A stretch of 63,596 nt of DNA, taken from positions 1-63,596 of IMG/VR virus record IMGVR_UViG_3300005098_000067. One strand, written 5' to 3'. This DNA is from a virus (Duplodnaviria; Caudoviricetes). Shown in pieces: positions 1 through 9,821 of the stretch (within the stretch, counting starts at the first letter, position 1; every line of letters starts with the position of its first letter). Under the pieces are notes generated by a model that saw nothing but the letters and a program-made list of their open reading frames with translations, searched no databases and was not told the DNA's origin. A program made the translations under genes and the position numbers.

Positions 1-431
1 GCCCAGGCCAACAACTTAGCGTCTGCATCCTCCTGCTTCAGCCCACGGAGCGGCTCCAGGGCCCGGGTCACCAAAGCCGCGGCCTCGTCCGCCAAGGCCG
101 ACGACCCTTGCCTCCCCAATCGCGCTAGCCGCTCACCGGCGCGGATCAACCCCCGCCTGGCTGCCAGAGTTGCTAGCCCGCTGACCAGTTCCTCGGAGAA
201 TTCTACCTCCGAGAACAACTCGGCCAGCGAATGGTGCACCTCAATCCCGGCCTCCGTTAGCCAAACCCCCAACACCTGGGGGCTGCTCGGGACTCCGCGC
301 TCCAACAGAAGACGCGCCAGAGCTCGTCGCTCCTCGGAGAAAAGAGCAACGTCCAGATTTTCAAGTTTCCCCTGGACAAAAGCTGCAAGAACCGCCCACT
401 CGCCTTGCGGATCAGTTAGCATGGCATTCAT
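1..431 (-). CDS. DnaB-like replicative helicase, N-terminal part (truncated by window edge)
   Basis: Manually read ORF MNAMLTDPQGEWAVLAAF..., open to position 1. ATGA overlap with the upstream DnaC-like gene. Helical N-terminus and gene order are typical of phage loader-helicase pairs. Confidence 0.5.
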   Translation of the reverse strand, partial: MNAMLTDPQGEWAVLAAFVQGKLENLDVALFSEERRALARLLLERGVPSSPQVLGVWLTEAGIEVHHSLAELFSEVEFSEELVSGLATLAARRGLIRAGERLARLGRQGSSALADEAAALVTRALEPLRGLKQEDADAKLLAW

Positions 432-1138
432 TGTACCCTCAAGTCTGGCACATTCTCGAGCGATATCTCGATGACTTCATCCATTTCGCAACGGGATGAG
501 AGCCAATCAAATCTCCGACTGATCTCCCCCTGAGTCTGGTTCGTGGCCAGGAACGTTGGCATCCAAACCGGGTCCGAGCGAAGGACGAGCAAATCACGAA
601 CAACGCTGTCGCGCCACGGAGTGGGATTGTATTCTGCGAACTCGTCCAGGGCAAGCACGTCAGCCTCAACATATCCGCGCATCGTGGCCAGGTAGCATCC
701 CGTCAATGCCTCCTGCAACTCCTGGAGACAGGTGGATAGCAACGAGTAGCGAGCAGTCTTGCGCTGCGATAAGGCCAGGTTCACGGCTGCAGCCAGCAGA
801 TACGACTTGCCGCGGCCCGGCGGCCCGTATAAGACCACCCAGCCGCGGCCTTCCGTTACCGCCCGATGAACTTGCGCTGCCGCCTCTGCAAGGTCCGGGT
901 GCGAGACCTTCAGGCGCGCAAACGTCCAGCGCTCCATTCCGGGCAACAGGCCCGTGGGAGCTGTGGAGCGAGCCGGGGCCGCCCCACAAGCCGGGCAAAC
1001 TGCTGGCTCGAACACATGCTCCCCTTGAGGGCGAGCTACGTAGCCCAACCCCCCGCAGCGCTCGCACAGCCTTTGGCCCGTGCCCCCACACAGGGGGCAT
1101 CCATCAATCATGCCCTTGCACAGGCAAGCGCCCGTCAT
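428..1138 (-). CDS. DnaC/IstB-like AAA+ ATPase (helicase loader) with N-terminal Zn-finger repeats
   Basis: Walker A GPPGRGKS, Walker B LALDEF, TFLATN motif and CxxCxGxG repeats. Start set at MTGACLC (ATGA overlap with the upstream ORF). Confidence 0.85.
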   Translation of the reverse strand: MTGACLCKGMIDGCPLCGGTGQRLCERCGGLGYVARPQGEHVFEPAVCPACGAAPARSTAPTGLLPGMERWTFARLKVSHPDLAEAAAQVHRAVTEGRGWVVLYGPPGRGKSYLLAAAVNLALSQRKTARYSLLSTCLQELQEALTGCYLATMRGYVEADVLALDEFAEYNPTPWRDSVVRDLLVLRSDPVWMPTFLATNQTQGEISRRFDWLSSRCEMDEVIEISLENVPDLRVQ

Positions 1139-1458
1139 AGAACCCTCCTCCGCCGTCGCTTTGTCATGTATGGCTTTGGCTGCTTCTCCGCTTGCTCTAG
1201 AGCTATCGCGTGCCTTAGCTGCCCCACGCGGCTGACCACCGCCCAGAGATTTACCCTGTTCCTGACCAGCCAATCGTCCTTTGCGTACTCTTGCAGCAAA
1301 GCTTTCACTTCCTCCTCTGACTGAGCGCAGGCTCTCAGCAGCTCCTTAGCCGCTTTTAGCTGGCCTCCGGGAGCTACCGAGTGCAGGTCGGGGCGCACCC
1401 CGGTCGCGCGTTCAATCACGGATTCAAACTCCATCAACACATCCCACGGCCTCATCAT
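1135..1458 (-). CDS. hypothetical protein, possibly replication-initiator-like
   Basis: ORF with GGGG/GAGG RBS, coupled to the DnaC-like gene. Function inferred from position only. Confidence 0.5.
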   Translation of the reverse strand: MMRPWDVLMEFESVIERATGVRPDLHSVAPGGQLKAAKELLRACAQSEEEVKALLQEYAKDDWLVRNRVNLWAVVSRVGQLRHAIALEQAEKQPKPYMTKRRRRRVL

Positions 1459-1520
1459 GACCCCCTACCAAACCCAAAGAGAGGGGAGACGGGACTGCGC
1501 AATCCCGTCTCCCCAAGTGG

Positions 1521-2426
1521 CTATAACGCAGGCGCAGGCGCGGGCGCAGGACTCTCCTTGGCGAACAGCGCATCGTGCACCGCTGCGAGCTTTCCAGCCC
1601 CCTTCACCTGTGCCAATACCGACTCACCATCCCGGTAGGGCACCCCTACAGACTTGGCCACCTCGATGATCCTGTCCAGGGTGATTTCACCGCGCGCATA
1701 CGCAGACCTGATGGCTTCCTCCATAGCAGCAGCCGAAGGCTCATTGGCATTTCCCTGGGCTGAGCTCGAGCGCTCCACGCGCTCCCAGATGTCGGCTCTG
1801 TCCTCCGCTTCCACCGCACGCAGGCTGTCGTGCTTAAGGAAGTTGCTGGACGGGTAGGTGCGGGCCGTCAGCAGCCAACCTTCGTCCGCTGCCTGGCGCA
1901 TCTTCGCGCCGATGACGTTCAGGACGACCTGGTCGAAACTGACCGGTGGGACGAGGGTCGCAAGCTCCTCGGCCAGGTAATCCGGGTCGTACAACGGCGA
2001 GGACGGGTCAACTTTCGACCGGGAGAACCCGGCCTGGAACGCCATGTTCAGCAGGCCCGGCAACCACTGCCCGGCCAGGTCAAAGGTGAACTCCTCCGCG
2101 GAGACGATGGTCACCCCTTTGGCCGGGACGGAGAAGGGGACTTCCTCGCCCCGAAACTCCTCCGGCATTACTACCTCGAACCGGACAATCAACTTGTCCA
2201 CGAGGTGGCGATGGCGCTCGCCCTCCGGTACTGGAGTCTCGCTGCCCACCTTGTACAGACGGCCATCGTCTCTGAACTCATACCCGTAGGCGGGACGCGA
2301 GTTACGGAGCAAGACCCCTGGCGCTTCAGTGGCGAATTCCTTGAATTTGACGACCAGGGCTTGGTTCGAGAGATCAACATCTGAAGAGCGCGACTGCGCA
2401 GTCGCCCCTTTATACTTCACTGGCAT
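1521..2426 (-). CDS. hypothetical protein (possible SSB/recombination protein)
   Basis: 301-aa ORF with AAGGAG RBS in the replication module. Confidence 0.55.
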   Translation of the reverse strand: MPVKYKGATAQSRSSDVDLSNQALVVKFKEFATEAPGVLLRNSRPAYGYEFRDDGRLYKVGSETPVPEGERHRHLVDKLIVRFEVVMPEEFRGEEVPFSVPAKGVTIVSAEEFTFDLAGQWLPGLLNMAFQAGFSRSKVDPSSPLYDPDYLAEELATLVPPVSFDQVVLNVIGAKMRQAADEGWLLTARTYPSSNFLKHDSLRAVEAEDRADIWERVERSSSAQGNANEPSAAAMEEAIRSAYARGEITLDRIIEVAKSVGVPYRDGESVLAQVKGAGKLAAVHDALFAKESPAPAPAPAL

Positions 2427-2438
2427 GTTTCTTCTCCT

Positions 2439-2732
2439 TTACAACGTAGGGGTAGGGCGGGCATCGAATCCCGCCTCGGCTTCAAGTTCCTGCAACTCTT
2501 GTACCACAACTTCCCGAATGTCACGGAAGACCTGGTGCAACGCAACGCATATATCCTCAAGCGTTACCGGTCCCGAGCCCGGAACTTCAACGATGAAGGG
2601 ATTGACCTCGATTCCGGCCGAGCCTATGGTCAACCAGATTTGGGCCTTCCCCCGAACAGCGTTACCGGATACTTTCACCTCCGGCAGCGCATGGAACTCG
2701 ACAACTTTCGTCGTCTCTTCGGCTTCGCTCAT
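2439..2732 (-). CDS. hypothetical protein
   Basis: ORF with GGAG RBS, operon-like spacing. Confidence 0.55.
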   Translation of the reverse strand: MSEAEETTKVVEFHALPEVKVSGNAVRGKAQIWLTIGSAGIEVNPFIVEVPGSGPVTLEDICVALHQVFRDIREVVVQELQELEAEAGFDARPTPTL

Positions 2733-3036
2733 TCACTACTCTCCTCTCGTAGTGCCACAAAGCTATCTCGACAACTTCCCGTGGCGTGTACATGCGCCAT
2801 TCCTGTCCAGATCCCCAAATGTCGCCGCGTCCTGGGTCAGGGACCGGGAAGTCCGGCTGCTTCTCCCACGCCTGATACGCGCGATGAGCAACCCCTAACA
2901 GGCGCGCAAAGAGCGCTCCGGTCAAGTAGAACTCCGCTTCCGGATCCACCCCCGACCCCTTCACCCGATCCTGGAACCACTCACAGAATCCAGGGCTGTC
3001 TCCCCCGACCTCTTTGGCAATCTGGACCAGATCCAT
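2662..3036 (-). CDS. hypothetical protein
   Basis: ORF with GGAGGGAG RBS that fills the gap between neighbours. Confidence 0.5.
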   Translation of the reverse strand: MDLVQIAKEVGGDSPGFCEWFQDRVKGSGVDPEAEFYLTGALFARLLGVAHRAYQAWEKQPDFPVPDPGRGDIWGSGQEWRMYTPREVVEIALWHYERRVVNERSRRDDESCRVPCAAGGESIR

Positions 3037-3610
3037 ATACTCCCTCCTTCCTTAGCGACCGCGGCAACCATAGCCAATCGTCGTCCTCAAGCCGCCGAAA
3101 CTCAGGTTGCCCCGGCGACCACCACACTAACCACCGATTCTTCCGATCTCCTACAAGCTGTGAGTACAGAGCAGGCCGCCGCCTGACGAGCCGAAGCCTT
3201 CGCCGCTCCACCGTGCTCGCCCAGAAAACGCCTCCCACCGGAGCCGGGAGGCGATCCTGATTGATAATCAGGATGGGCATCGAGGGCTTGAACCAGTTTC
3301 GGCGCACATCGGCAGCTATTGTGTGAGCACCTGAATGCTCCGGCCCTAACCCCGCCAGGGAATCCAACACCAAAAGGTCAAACATGTTCGACTCCTGGAG
3401 CGTTCGCAGAGCATGAAACGCCACGTCTACCCGCCTAACCGAGATGGCTTTCGCCGGCTGGTACTGCAACGCTGACCAGACGGTCGGCGAGTCCTCGAGA
3501 CTGGCAACCACCCAAGCTACCCGCTCGAACTCCTTCGAGATCAGGGTCGCCAGCGTAGTCTTGCCGGCAGAAGGCTCCCCGGTCAGCTCGTAGAAAGCGG
3601 CTACAGGCAC
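2981..3610 (-). CDS. minimal RecA/RadB-family P-loop ATPase
   Basis: ELTGEPSAGKTT (Walker A), LLVLDSLA (Walker B) and IINQ motif. Confidence 0.8.
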   Translation of the reverse strand: MPVAAFYELTGEPSAGKTTLATLISKEFERVAWVVASLEDSPTVWSALQYQPAKAISVRRVDVAFHALRTLQESNMFDLLVLDSLAGLGPEHSGAHTIAADVRRNWFKPSMPILIINQDRLPAPVGGVFWASTVERRRLRLVRRRPALYSQLVGDRKNRWLVWWSPGQPEFRRLEDDDWLWLPRSLRKEGVYGSGPDCQRGRGRQPWIL

Positions 3611-4137
3611 GGCTCCGCCTTTCCCAGCTCCGGCAGGGCCTCGGAGACATCCTGCATCGGGATCCGCCCGATGCTCCCCAGAAATCCCAGCATCCTCGCC
3701 CGCCAGGACAGTCGGGTCGTGAGAACTGAAATGCCTTTGGCAGCCAGCTCCAGATCGAGCGTCGCCTCGGCCAACAGCCTCTCAGCCTCACGAAGTTGGG
3801 CAAGAGCCGCTTTGAACCGGGGGTCAGCCTCGATGATGGCGCGACGGGCTTGCTCCCGCTCCGCTTTGGTCTTGCCCTCGACTTCGGGCATCAGGGCGAG
3901 GATCGAAGCCTCGACCGCCGCCAGCTCGTCCTTGGCCAGACCCACGGCTTCACGCTGCTCGGCTTGCTCAGACAATGCCAACACCCACTCTCCGTGCGCG
4001 TTCTCCAGCTCCGAATCTAGGACCGACATGTCCAGATCCAACGCGACCTGCCAACGATAGTCGTCCGAGACTGGAATCCCGGCTACCTTGTCTTGTGGCT
4101 CGAGCTCCGTCGCGCCCCCATAAGTAACTTTTGGCAT
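3601..4137 (-). CDS. hypothetical coiled-coil protein
   Basis: GGAGGT RBS; helical, charge-rich sequence. Confidence 0.6.
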   Translation of the reverse strand: MPKVTYGGATELEPQDKVAGIPVSDDYRWQVALDLDMSVLDSELENAHGEWVLALSEQAEQREAVGLAKDELAAVEASILALMPEVEGKTKAEREQARRAIIEADPRFKAALAQLREAERLLAEATLDLELAAKGISVLTTRLSWRARMLGFLGSIGRIPMQDVSEALPELGKAEPCL

Positions 4138-4138
4138 A

Positions 4139-4261
4139 TTACCTCCTCCCCATCTTTCGCAAACACTTCCCGCACATCCACCGTCCCTGCACCTTGTACA
4201 GGCGGACGTTCACCCGCCCGCACTTCGGGCAGCACCCTTTTTCTTTCGTGTCAAGGGCCAA
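4139..4261 (-). CDS. small Zn-finger protein (40 aa, not in the ORF track)
   Basis: TTG start after GGAGGTGA. Sequence LALDTKEKGCCPKCGRVNVRLYKVQGRWMCGKCLRKMGRR has two CxxC pairs. Confidence 0.6.
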   Translation of the reverse strand: MALDTKEKGCCPKCGRVNVRLYKVQGRWMCGKCLRKMGRR

Positions 4262-4478
4262 CTTTCTCACCTCCCTCCTTGTCGCTCGCTAAGGGCAACC
4301 GTGAATACTTCAGGAACTCACCCAAGTGGTACCGGCAGTGCTCCGCCAGTCGGCACTCCCCGGCCGAGGTCTGGAACCTTCCGTTTTTCACCAGGTGCCA
4401 GAGACCATCGGCCGTCTGGACTTCACGCCCCTCAAGCTTCCGAATCAGCTCCCTTTTCGTCATTCGGGCATCTCCCAC
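4251..4478 (-). CDS. hypothetical protein
   Basis: Short ORF coupled to its neighbours. Confidence 0.45.
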   Translation of the reverse strand: MGDARMTKRELIRKLEGREVQTADGLWHLVKNGRFQTSAGECRLAEHCRYHLGEFLKYSRLPLASDKEGGEKVGP

Positions 4479-5311
4479 TCGACCTCTGGGCCGAAGTTAG
4501 GGGAGCTTTCCTGCCGAGCTTCCCTCTGGAACTGGGTCATCGCCTCGCTGTCCACAACATGAATGTAGGCGAACTCCCCGTCAAGGATGAACCCCCAACC
4601 CTCGAACGGGCCGAACTCCAGCGCAAAGAGCCCCTCTGAGCCTAGGCAAAGATCAATTTCGAGCTGGCCTAGAGGCAGGGGCAGAGGCGGATACGACAGG
4701 GCCTCGAAGTCCAGAGACCGGCCTAGCCCTTGCAGAAACCACCAATCCCGAAACGCTCCCGGATCAGGGGCCAGAACCAGGGCGATAGGCCGACCGTCCA
4801 GCGTGACCAGGCCCCCCCGCGCCTCCCGAGGCGGGACGAGCCGTGCGCGTCTGCCCTCCAACAACCCGGCAACGCGCTCTTCCTTTACCCCCGCAGTGCG
4901 GGCGCGTTGCCGCATGGACGGCCAGAGGGCCGAATAACCACCGCCACGGGCAGGGAGCGCTGCCAACAGGGAGGGCGGCAACTGGCTAACCTCCACCTCC
5001 TGATCCTGCCACAGGCCTGCTTGGGCGGGCTCGACGCAAACTGCATCGACCCGCTCCTCAGCGAAGGCAACGCAGTAAGCAGGCTCTCGCAGGGCTCGAT
5101 CTTGAGCTCCCGGGACGACAAAGATCATGCCCCAGGGGGCAATGGCCCCCGGGGAGCGCGAAGTCCCAAGAACGAGCTCGCCGTAAGAGACATCCTTAAC
5201 CAGGTGGACGTCTCGCGCAAACCCACAATCCACTGCCGGGCCAAACAGCGGGAGGAACGTCATGCGCCCGCCAACCACCGCCCGGCCCACCCGAAGTCCT
5301 TCGATTTTCAT
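4460..5311 (-). CDS. ARPP-like (DUF6569-related) domain protein
   Basis: GAQDRAL...AVCVEPAQAGLW and YSALW motifs resemble ARPP-family proteins. Recognised from memory, not from a search. Confidence 0.5.
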   Translation of the reverse strand: MKIEGLRVGRAVVGGRMTFLPLFGPAVDCGFARDVHLVKDVSYGELVLGTSRSPGAIAPWGMIFVVPGAQDRALREPAYCVAFAEERVDAVCVEPAQAGLWQDQEVEVSQLPPSLLAALPARGGGYSALWPSMRQRARTAGVKEERVAGLLEGRRARLVPPREARGGLVTLDGRPIALVLAPDPGAFRDWWFLQGLGRSLDFEALSYPPLPLPLGQLEIDLCLGSEGLFALEFGPFEGWGFILDGEFAYIHVVDSEAMTQFQREARQESSPNFGPEVEWEMPE

Positions 5312-5314
5312 TTC

Positions 5315-6433
5315 CTACCTCCCTCGCTCTCGACGAATCGACTCCAATAGCTCATCAGACCATATGAGCCTGAACACAGCCTCATCCCACGCGTACTTAG
5401 CCCGCTTATTCTCGCGGTCCCAACCCGCTCGCTTGATATGCTCAATGCGATAGCGCAGTGTGCCACGCAACCGGTGACCGGACAACGCTGGGCTAGGCTC
5501 AAACGGCAAGTCCTCGGCCGGTACCCAATGCCGCGCCATCAGCTCCCGAAGCTCTACCTCAATCCCGCCCCTGAAGAAGGCTACGGCTCCCAGGGGCACG
5601 ACCCCCTCCATTACCCGCCGCTCTCGCTCCAGAGACAGTATCCTCTGCACCACCCAGGTGCCACCGCACCGGAAGGCGATGGCTCTCATCCGACAGCATC
5701 CGCCACCTGGCCACCGCCGCGGCCTGTCCACGGCGTGAGACGGAGGCGGGTCAACTAGCATGGCATCGTAAGCTTGCCGCTCATCCACATCACTGAGGAC
5801 TTCGTATGCCTCGGCAATGCTTCTGAATTTCTCCCCGGCTCCAGGCTCGTGATTAACGTCGGGATGGTACCTCCGCGCTAAAGCCCGAAACGCTCTTTTA
5901 ATCTCGGCCGGTGTTGCCTGGCGGGAGACCCCCAAGCGCGAATAGAAGTCTCCGCGAAATGCTCCTCCATCCCGATCCGACGCGGGCGGGACGAAATAGG
6001 CCCGCGCCACCTCATAGGCAACCCGCAACCAGAGACCGTCCTCTAGCTTCGACAGATAATGAAAATCTGTCCCTGCCCACCTGGGGCGGGAGACGTAGCC
6101 CAACGCTACCTCGATCTCCTCCGCTGCGCGTGCAGCGGGGAAGACTCGAAAGTTACGGGGGCGGGCCCACTCCCTCTCAGTCGGTTCAAACTCCAGGACA
6201 TCCCCTGCCTCGAAATCCCCGAACCGGGCCGTGGGGATCATTGCCTTCTGCTCTTGGCCGTCAGCCTCCCTCAGCAAGACGAAAAACTCTTCGTCCACGG
6301 TCTCCTGGGGCGTGCGCGGGTAGGGCCGGCCGGCGGATATGTCCCGCAACCGTGGCATGTACTTCGCAACTACAAAGTGCATATTCGGCCCAACAGGCAG
6401 TGGAGCTCCCTGCCGGCCATCGCTTAGCTTCAT
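5315..6433 (-). CDS. DnaJ (J-domain)-containing protein
   Basis: [33 protein letters not shown]...[17 protein letters not shown] is a canonical J domain with HPD, placed internally. Confidence 0.9.
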   Translation of the reverse strand: MKLSDGRQGAPLPVGPNMHFVVAKYMPRLRDISAGRPYPRTPQETVDEEFFVLLREADGQEQKAMIPTARFGDFEAGDVLEFEPTEREWARPRNFRVFPAARAAEEIEVALGYVSRPRWAGTDFHYLSKLEDGLWLRVAYEVARAYFVPPASDRDGGAFRGDFYSRLGVSRQATPAEIKRAFRALARRYHPDVNHEPGAGEKFRSIAEAYEVLSDVDERQAYDAMLVDPPPSHAVDRPRRWPGGGCCRMRAIAFRCGGTWVVQRILSLERERRVMEGVVPLGAVAFFRGGIEVELRELMARHWVPAEDLPFEPSPALSGHRLRGTLRYRIEHIKRAGWDRENKRAKYAWDEAVFRLIWSDELLESIRRERGR

Positions 6434-7128
6434 AGCTGCTCTCCCGGCCGCCAACATGTGCCCTCAGGCGGGGGACTGGAGGGCGGGCGAGACCGAATCA
6501 AGGCAATCCAGAGCGGGCTGTCCCTGTACTCTGGCGGGCAGTAGGGCAGGTGCAACGCCCGAAAGAAAGCCTCTTCGGACTCGAATCCTACCAGCTTCCC
6601 GTGAGCCTTTATCCCTTCATGGGTAAGGGACAGGCCCATTCGCTTCGCCCGCTGCGCCAGAACGATGTTCTGGAGCGCTCCCGGGTCATCTGGGCCATAG
6701 GTGCCGGGCTGCCGAGCAGGACCGGTGCGGATGACCACCAATGGCCAGAACCGGCGCTCGCTGGCCAGGTAGGCATCGACCTGCACCCCGTCCAGGAAGA
6801 AACGCACACTGCGCCGCCCCGTGTCCCAAATGGAAACCGGGTTCTTCGGCGCCCACTTTTGAGTCGGCTTCACCCAGGCCGGTGCCTGGGGGTCAGCGTT
6901 CTCCATCAGCCACTCGAAGAACGGGACAAACCGGCGTGGCTTGTCGTCCAGCATGTCCCTCTTGCGCAGCTTGAAAACCGGGATGCCTACCACGTCCACG
7001 TCATGAACGCGAGGCTGGCCCCGTCTCAAACTGCCACAGAGCATGAGCCGCTCAAACATCCCCTCCGTCTCGCAGCGAAGCCGCCGCCAGACCTCCATGG
7101 CCACGTCCGCTCTCACCAACATTTTCAT
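6430..7128 (-). CDS. minimal family X DNA polymerase (palm plus C-terminal subdomain only)
   Basis: [36 protein letters not shown] and [20 protein letters not shown]. Confidence 0.85.
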   Translation of the reverse strand: MKMLVRADVAMEVWRRLRCETEGMFERLMLCGSLRRGQPRVHDVDVVGIPVFKLRKRDMLDDKPRRFVPFFEWLMENADPQAPAWVKPTQKWAPKNPVSIWDTGRRSVRFFLDGVQVDAYLASERRFWPLVVIRTGPARQPGTYGPDDPGALQNIVLAQRAKRMGLSLTHEGIKAHGKLVGFESEEAFFRALHLPYCPPEYRDSPLWIALIRSRPPSSPPPEGTCWRPGEQL

Positions 7129-7140
7129 TGCCTCCTTTCG

Positions 7141-7455
7141 CTACTCTCTTGCTGCCCTAATCGCCGCTAAACCTGCCTCGACCCCGGCCGACGATATACT
7201 CCACTCAACCGGGGGCAGGTTAGCAACTACAATCACCTTGAAATCTTGGTACAACTCCAGCGCTTGCTGGTCGTCCCCCAAATGGTGCGCCAGCATGGCT
7301 AGCGCCAATTGCGCCGGGCCTGACCCCAAATAGCCCCACTCGAAACCTGTCGGGCTGTGGTTCACCAAATCCAAACGCGGCTCGAGCGATTCCCCGTCCA
7401 CGAGGACAACGCAACCCTCTGGCTGCCGCGAACCCGTATAAACGTGCTTGCCCAC
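7141..7455 (-). CDS. DUF6166-like protein
   Basis: NHSPTGFEWGYLGSGPAQLALAML...YQDFK signature. Confidence 0.75.
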   Translation of the reverse strand: MGKHVYTGSRQPEGCVVLVDGESLEPRLDLVNHSPTGFEWGYLGSGPAQLALAMLAHHLGDDQQALELYQDFKVIVVANLPPVEWSISSAGVEAGLAAIRAARE

Positions 7456-7456
7456 T

Positions 7457-8212
7457 TCACCCTCCTACAAAATACGCATCGCTAGGATGCACCAAAATTG
7501 CTCCCACCTCGGCATCAGCCACCACCAGCAAGGTGTGGTAGACGGCCCGGTCCAAATAGGGCGACTCCCAATCGCCGAAGCTCCCGTAGCCCGATACCCA
7601 AACCCCAGTTTGGGCGCGAACCAGTTCGAACACTGGGCCTTTGACCTGGCAATCTTTCAGCCAGAATCCTCGTGTCGGCAGGCTAAGGCGGCTGTGATAC
7701 ATGACCTCACGCCACAGGTCGTATTTTACCGATTTCTCGATGGCGAAGCTGATGAGCCCACAGACCTCCAGCAAGTTCTTCGCCAAAGTCTCGAAAGTGC
7801 CGTTGCCGGAGACCTCAGAGGGCAGGGGCAAAATCACTCGGCCGCCCTCCCTCTCAACCTGGGCAGCTTTCGCCAGCTTTTCAGCCAGATACCGAGCCGC
7901 GCGCTCTTGCACTGCGTCTTCGTCTAGGACGATGGTGCTGGGATTTCGGGCATATCCTACCCAGGCCACGTAGCGACGCGCCCGGATCACCCGCCCGATC
8001 CAGTCCGAGCCGGCGCGGGCCGGATAGCGCTCCAGCACCGGGTCCCGATAGAACCGAGCTAGGATGCGCTCACAGGCCGGGCACCGAAACACGACCTCCG
8101 CCGCTCGATGGCTGACTTTGTCACGCTTGCCCGTCAGCCTGAGAGTAAGCCCATTCCAGCAACGGCAATTGGGAACTGCAATTCTCCTGAATTTCTTATG
8201 CCGAGCCATCAA
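7457..8212 (-). CDS. hypothetical protein with N-terminal Zn ribbon
   Basis: CRC and CPAC motifs; ORF in operon. Confidence 0.55.
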   Translation of the reverse strand: MMARHKKFRRIAVPNCRCWNGLTLRLTGKRDKVSHRAAEVVFRCPACERILARFYRDPVLERYPARAGSDWIGRVIRARRYVAWVGYARNPSTIVLDEDAVQERAARYLAEKLAKAAQVEREGGRVILPLPSEVSGNGTFETLAKNLLEVCGLISFAIEKSVKYDLWREVMYHSRLSLPTRGFWLKDCQVKGPVFELVRAQTGVWVSGYGSFGDWESPYLDRAVYHTLLVVADAEVGAILVHPSDAYFVGG

Positions 8213-8444
8213 GCCCTCCGCGTTTCATGTCGCCAGTGGGATGTCGAGAGCGAGCAGGCCGCCCTTCGAAGGCCCCCTCAACGTCCCGGCCGTTGCTTGC
8301 TGCCCCTTCTAGAATAGCCATCTCCTGCGCGACGAAATCTTCCGGTGATTGCCCGATAACGGCCGCCCGGATTAGCCGCGCCAGGAACCCACGCCCCTGG
8401 AATTCGTGATCGTACAGCTGCATTTTCTTCCTCCTTCCGCTCAT
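8196..8444 (-). CDS. hypothetical protein
   Basis: Short ORF with GGAGG RBS; exact start uncertain. Confidence 0.45.
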   Translation of the reverse strand: MSGRRKKMQLYDHEFQGRGFLARLIRAAVIGQSPEDFVAQEMAILEGAASNGRDVEGAFEGRPARSRHPTGDMKRGGLDGSA

Positions 8445-8458
8445 TCAGTGCTGCTGAG

Positions 8459-8788
8459 CTACAGCACCCACGGCTTGTCGAGCACAGCGTGGCAAGCTGT
8501 CTCGACGGAATCGGCATCGGCTGGATCAATGCCCCAGGCTGACGGATGCTTGCGGATGTCACACGCCATCAAGACCAGGACCCTTTCGAGCAAAGCCGCG
8601 TAGAATGGAGCGACAATGTACGCAATGCTCCGAACAGCTGACAGTGGCAGATCGAGATCAAGATTGCAGAGATGCTTCCCCATTACTTCCCTCTGACGAA
8701 CCTCAAAGCCCTGCTCCCTGAGATACCGCCAGACTCGACGCCCGCGTTCTGACTTTGGAATGTACAGGTGCTTTGCAGACATGTTCAC
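8459..8788 (-). CDS. hypothetical protein
   Basis: AGGAGGTG RBS directly after the structured element at 8804-8866. Confidence 0.55.
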   Translation of the reverse strand: MNMSAKHLYIPKSERGRRVWRYLREQGFEVRQREVMGKHLCNLDLDLPLSAVRSIAYIVAPFYAALLERVLVLMACDIRKHPSAWGIDPADADSVETACHAVLDKPWVL

Positions 8789-8803
8789 CTCCTATGAGTT
8801 ACT

Positions 8804-8866
8804 ACCCGCCTCCCGTGAGCCAGGCAAGTACCCTCATGCCGCGCGATGCTCTGCGCGGCGGCGGGT
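8804..8866. ncRNA. unassigned structured RNA motif, copy 1
   Basis: Intergenic. Closing stem ACCCGCC/GGCGGGT and inner stem GCCGCG/CGCGGC. Homologous to 9229-9293 with covarying stem. Confidence 0.55.
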
Positions 8867-8872
8867 CGTGAC

Positions 8873-9193
8873 TCAGCGGCTCAAACCGATGCACGCAATG
8901 GGTCGGCCGTCCTTATCACGGATCAACTCGCCGGGTTGATACAGATCAGGACGGTCATACCCAGCCCGGAACATACCCGACACAACGCAGATTGTGTCAG
9001 GTTGGGCATTGGGCAAACCCTCCGGTTCGCCATATTCGGCGACGAAGAGGGGGATTCCCTCGTCGGTCACGCCGACTTGCCGCCGTGTGGCGGCAATGCG
9101 AGCCACGGTGCCGGATGGGGGAATGACCACGATGACGTTTCCCTCGTTGTCGGCGATGTTTAATACATGCGGGGTCAGATTTACGATGTCCAT
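8873..9193 (-). CDS. conserved phage hypothetical protein (NLTPH family)
   Basis: MDIVNLTPH...PPSG.VAR...GLP...VVS...RPDL..PG...RD..G...C pattern, common in phages. Confidence 0.7.
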   Translation of the reverse strand: MDIVNLTPHVLNIADNEGNVIVVIPPSGTVARIAATRRQVGVTDEGIPLFVAEYGEPEGLPNAQPDTICVVSGMFRAGYDRPDLYQPGELIRDKDGRPIACIGLSR

Positions 9194-9228
9194 TTTCCTT
9201 GCTCCTTTCGTTTATTCGTTTTGCGCCC

Positions 9229-9293
9229 CCCGCCCCGTGGGCCGGGCCAGTACCCTCGTGCGCGGGGCGATAGCTCTGTCCCGCGCGGCGGGT
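9229..9293. ncRNA. unassigned structured RNA motif, copy 2
   Basis: Same architecture as 8804-8866. Inner stem GCGCGGG/CCCGCGC; conserved CAGAGC and GAGGGTACT.GCC.GGC.CACGG. Confidence 0.55.
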
Positions 9294-9455
9294 CTAAGTC
9301 CTACACGGAGCCGGGATAGCCCGGGTGCTTCTTGCGCTCCTCCTCGCTCCCGGGCAAAGGGCGAGGCTTATTAGCGCCGCGTTGCTTCTCAGCCGGGGTT
9401 ATGCGCGGCTGGCGCTGGCGACGCCGTTTCTTGCGCAACACTCTTGCCACTTCTA

Positions 9456-9821
9456 TCACCTCCCTTCCTCTTCGCTCTCGCCCAACAGAACCAGGGCCGC
9501 CCACGCCTTGGGGTCATGAGGAGCAAACTCACGGAGTTTTTCGACCGGTTGCGAGAGATACGATTCGCGCAACCACTCTGCGAGCTCTCCCTCCCGCTCG
9601 AAGATCAGCCGTGCTCGCTCCCTGGGCGAGGCGGGCCAGAGATCGTACCGGTGTATCTCCTCCAACGAGAGGCGGTCTGGATACACCACCCGGCCGTGGA
9701 ACCACCGCCCCTCCCGCTCCTGGGGCGGGGAATACGTCTCGCGTTCCGTGAACCCATCCGGCTGACAGCCGAGACCGGGCGGTCGGTTCACATACAAGTA
9801 CACGTGTTCCGGCATTATCAA
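9456..9821 (-). CDS. DarA C-terminal-like (anti-restriction-associated) domain protein
   Basis: Y..RPPGLGCQPDG...HGRVVYPDRLSLEEIHRYDL resembles the DarA_C pattern. Confidence 0.55.
   Translation of the reverse strand: MIMPEHVYLYVNRPPGLGCQPDGFTERETYSPPQEREGRWFHGRVVYPDRLSLEEIHRYDLWPASPRERARLIFEREGELAEWLRESYLSQPVEKLREFAPHDPKAWAALVLLGESEEEGR

Noticed and set aside
5351-5358. CTGATGAG hammerhead-like core on the minus strand
   Set aside because: It lies inside the DnaJ-domain CDS and has no matching GAAA or flanking stems.
8804-9293. Assignment of the paired motif to hairpin, HDV/theta, twister or twister-sister ribozymes, or to a ZTP riboswitch
   Set aside because: Only short partial resemblances (GGTAC..CCTGG, CCCTCG, GCAGAG, GCTCA, GGGTCGTGACT). 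The required partner strands and core residues are missing.
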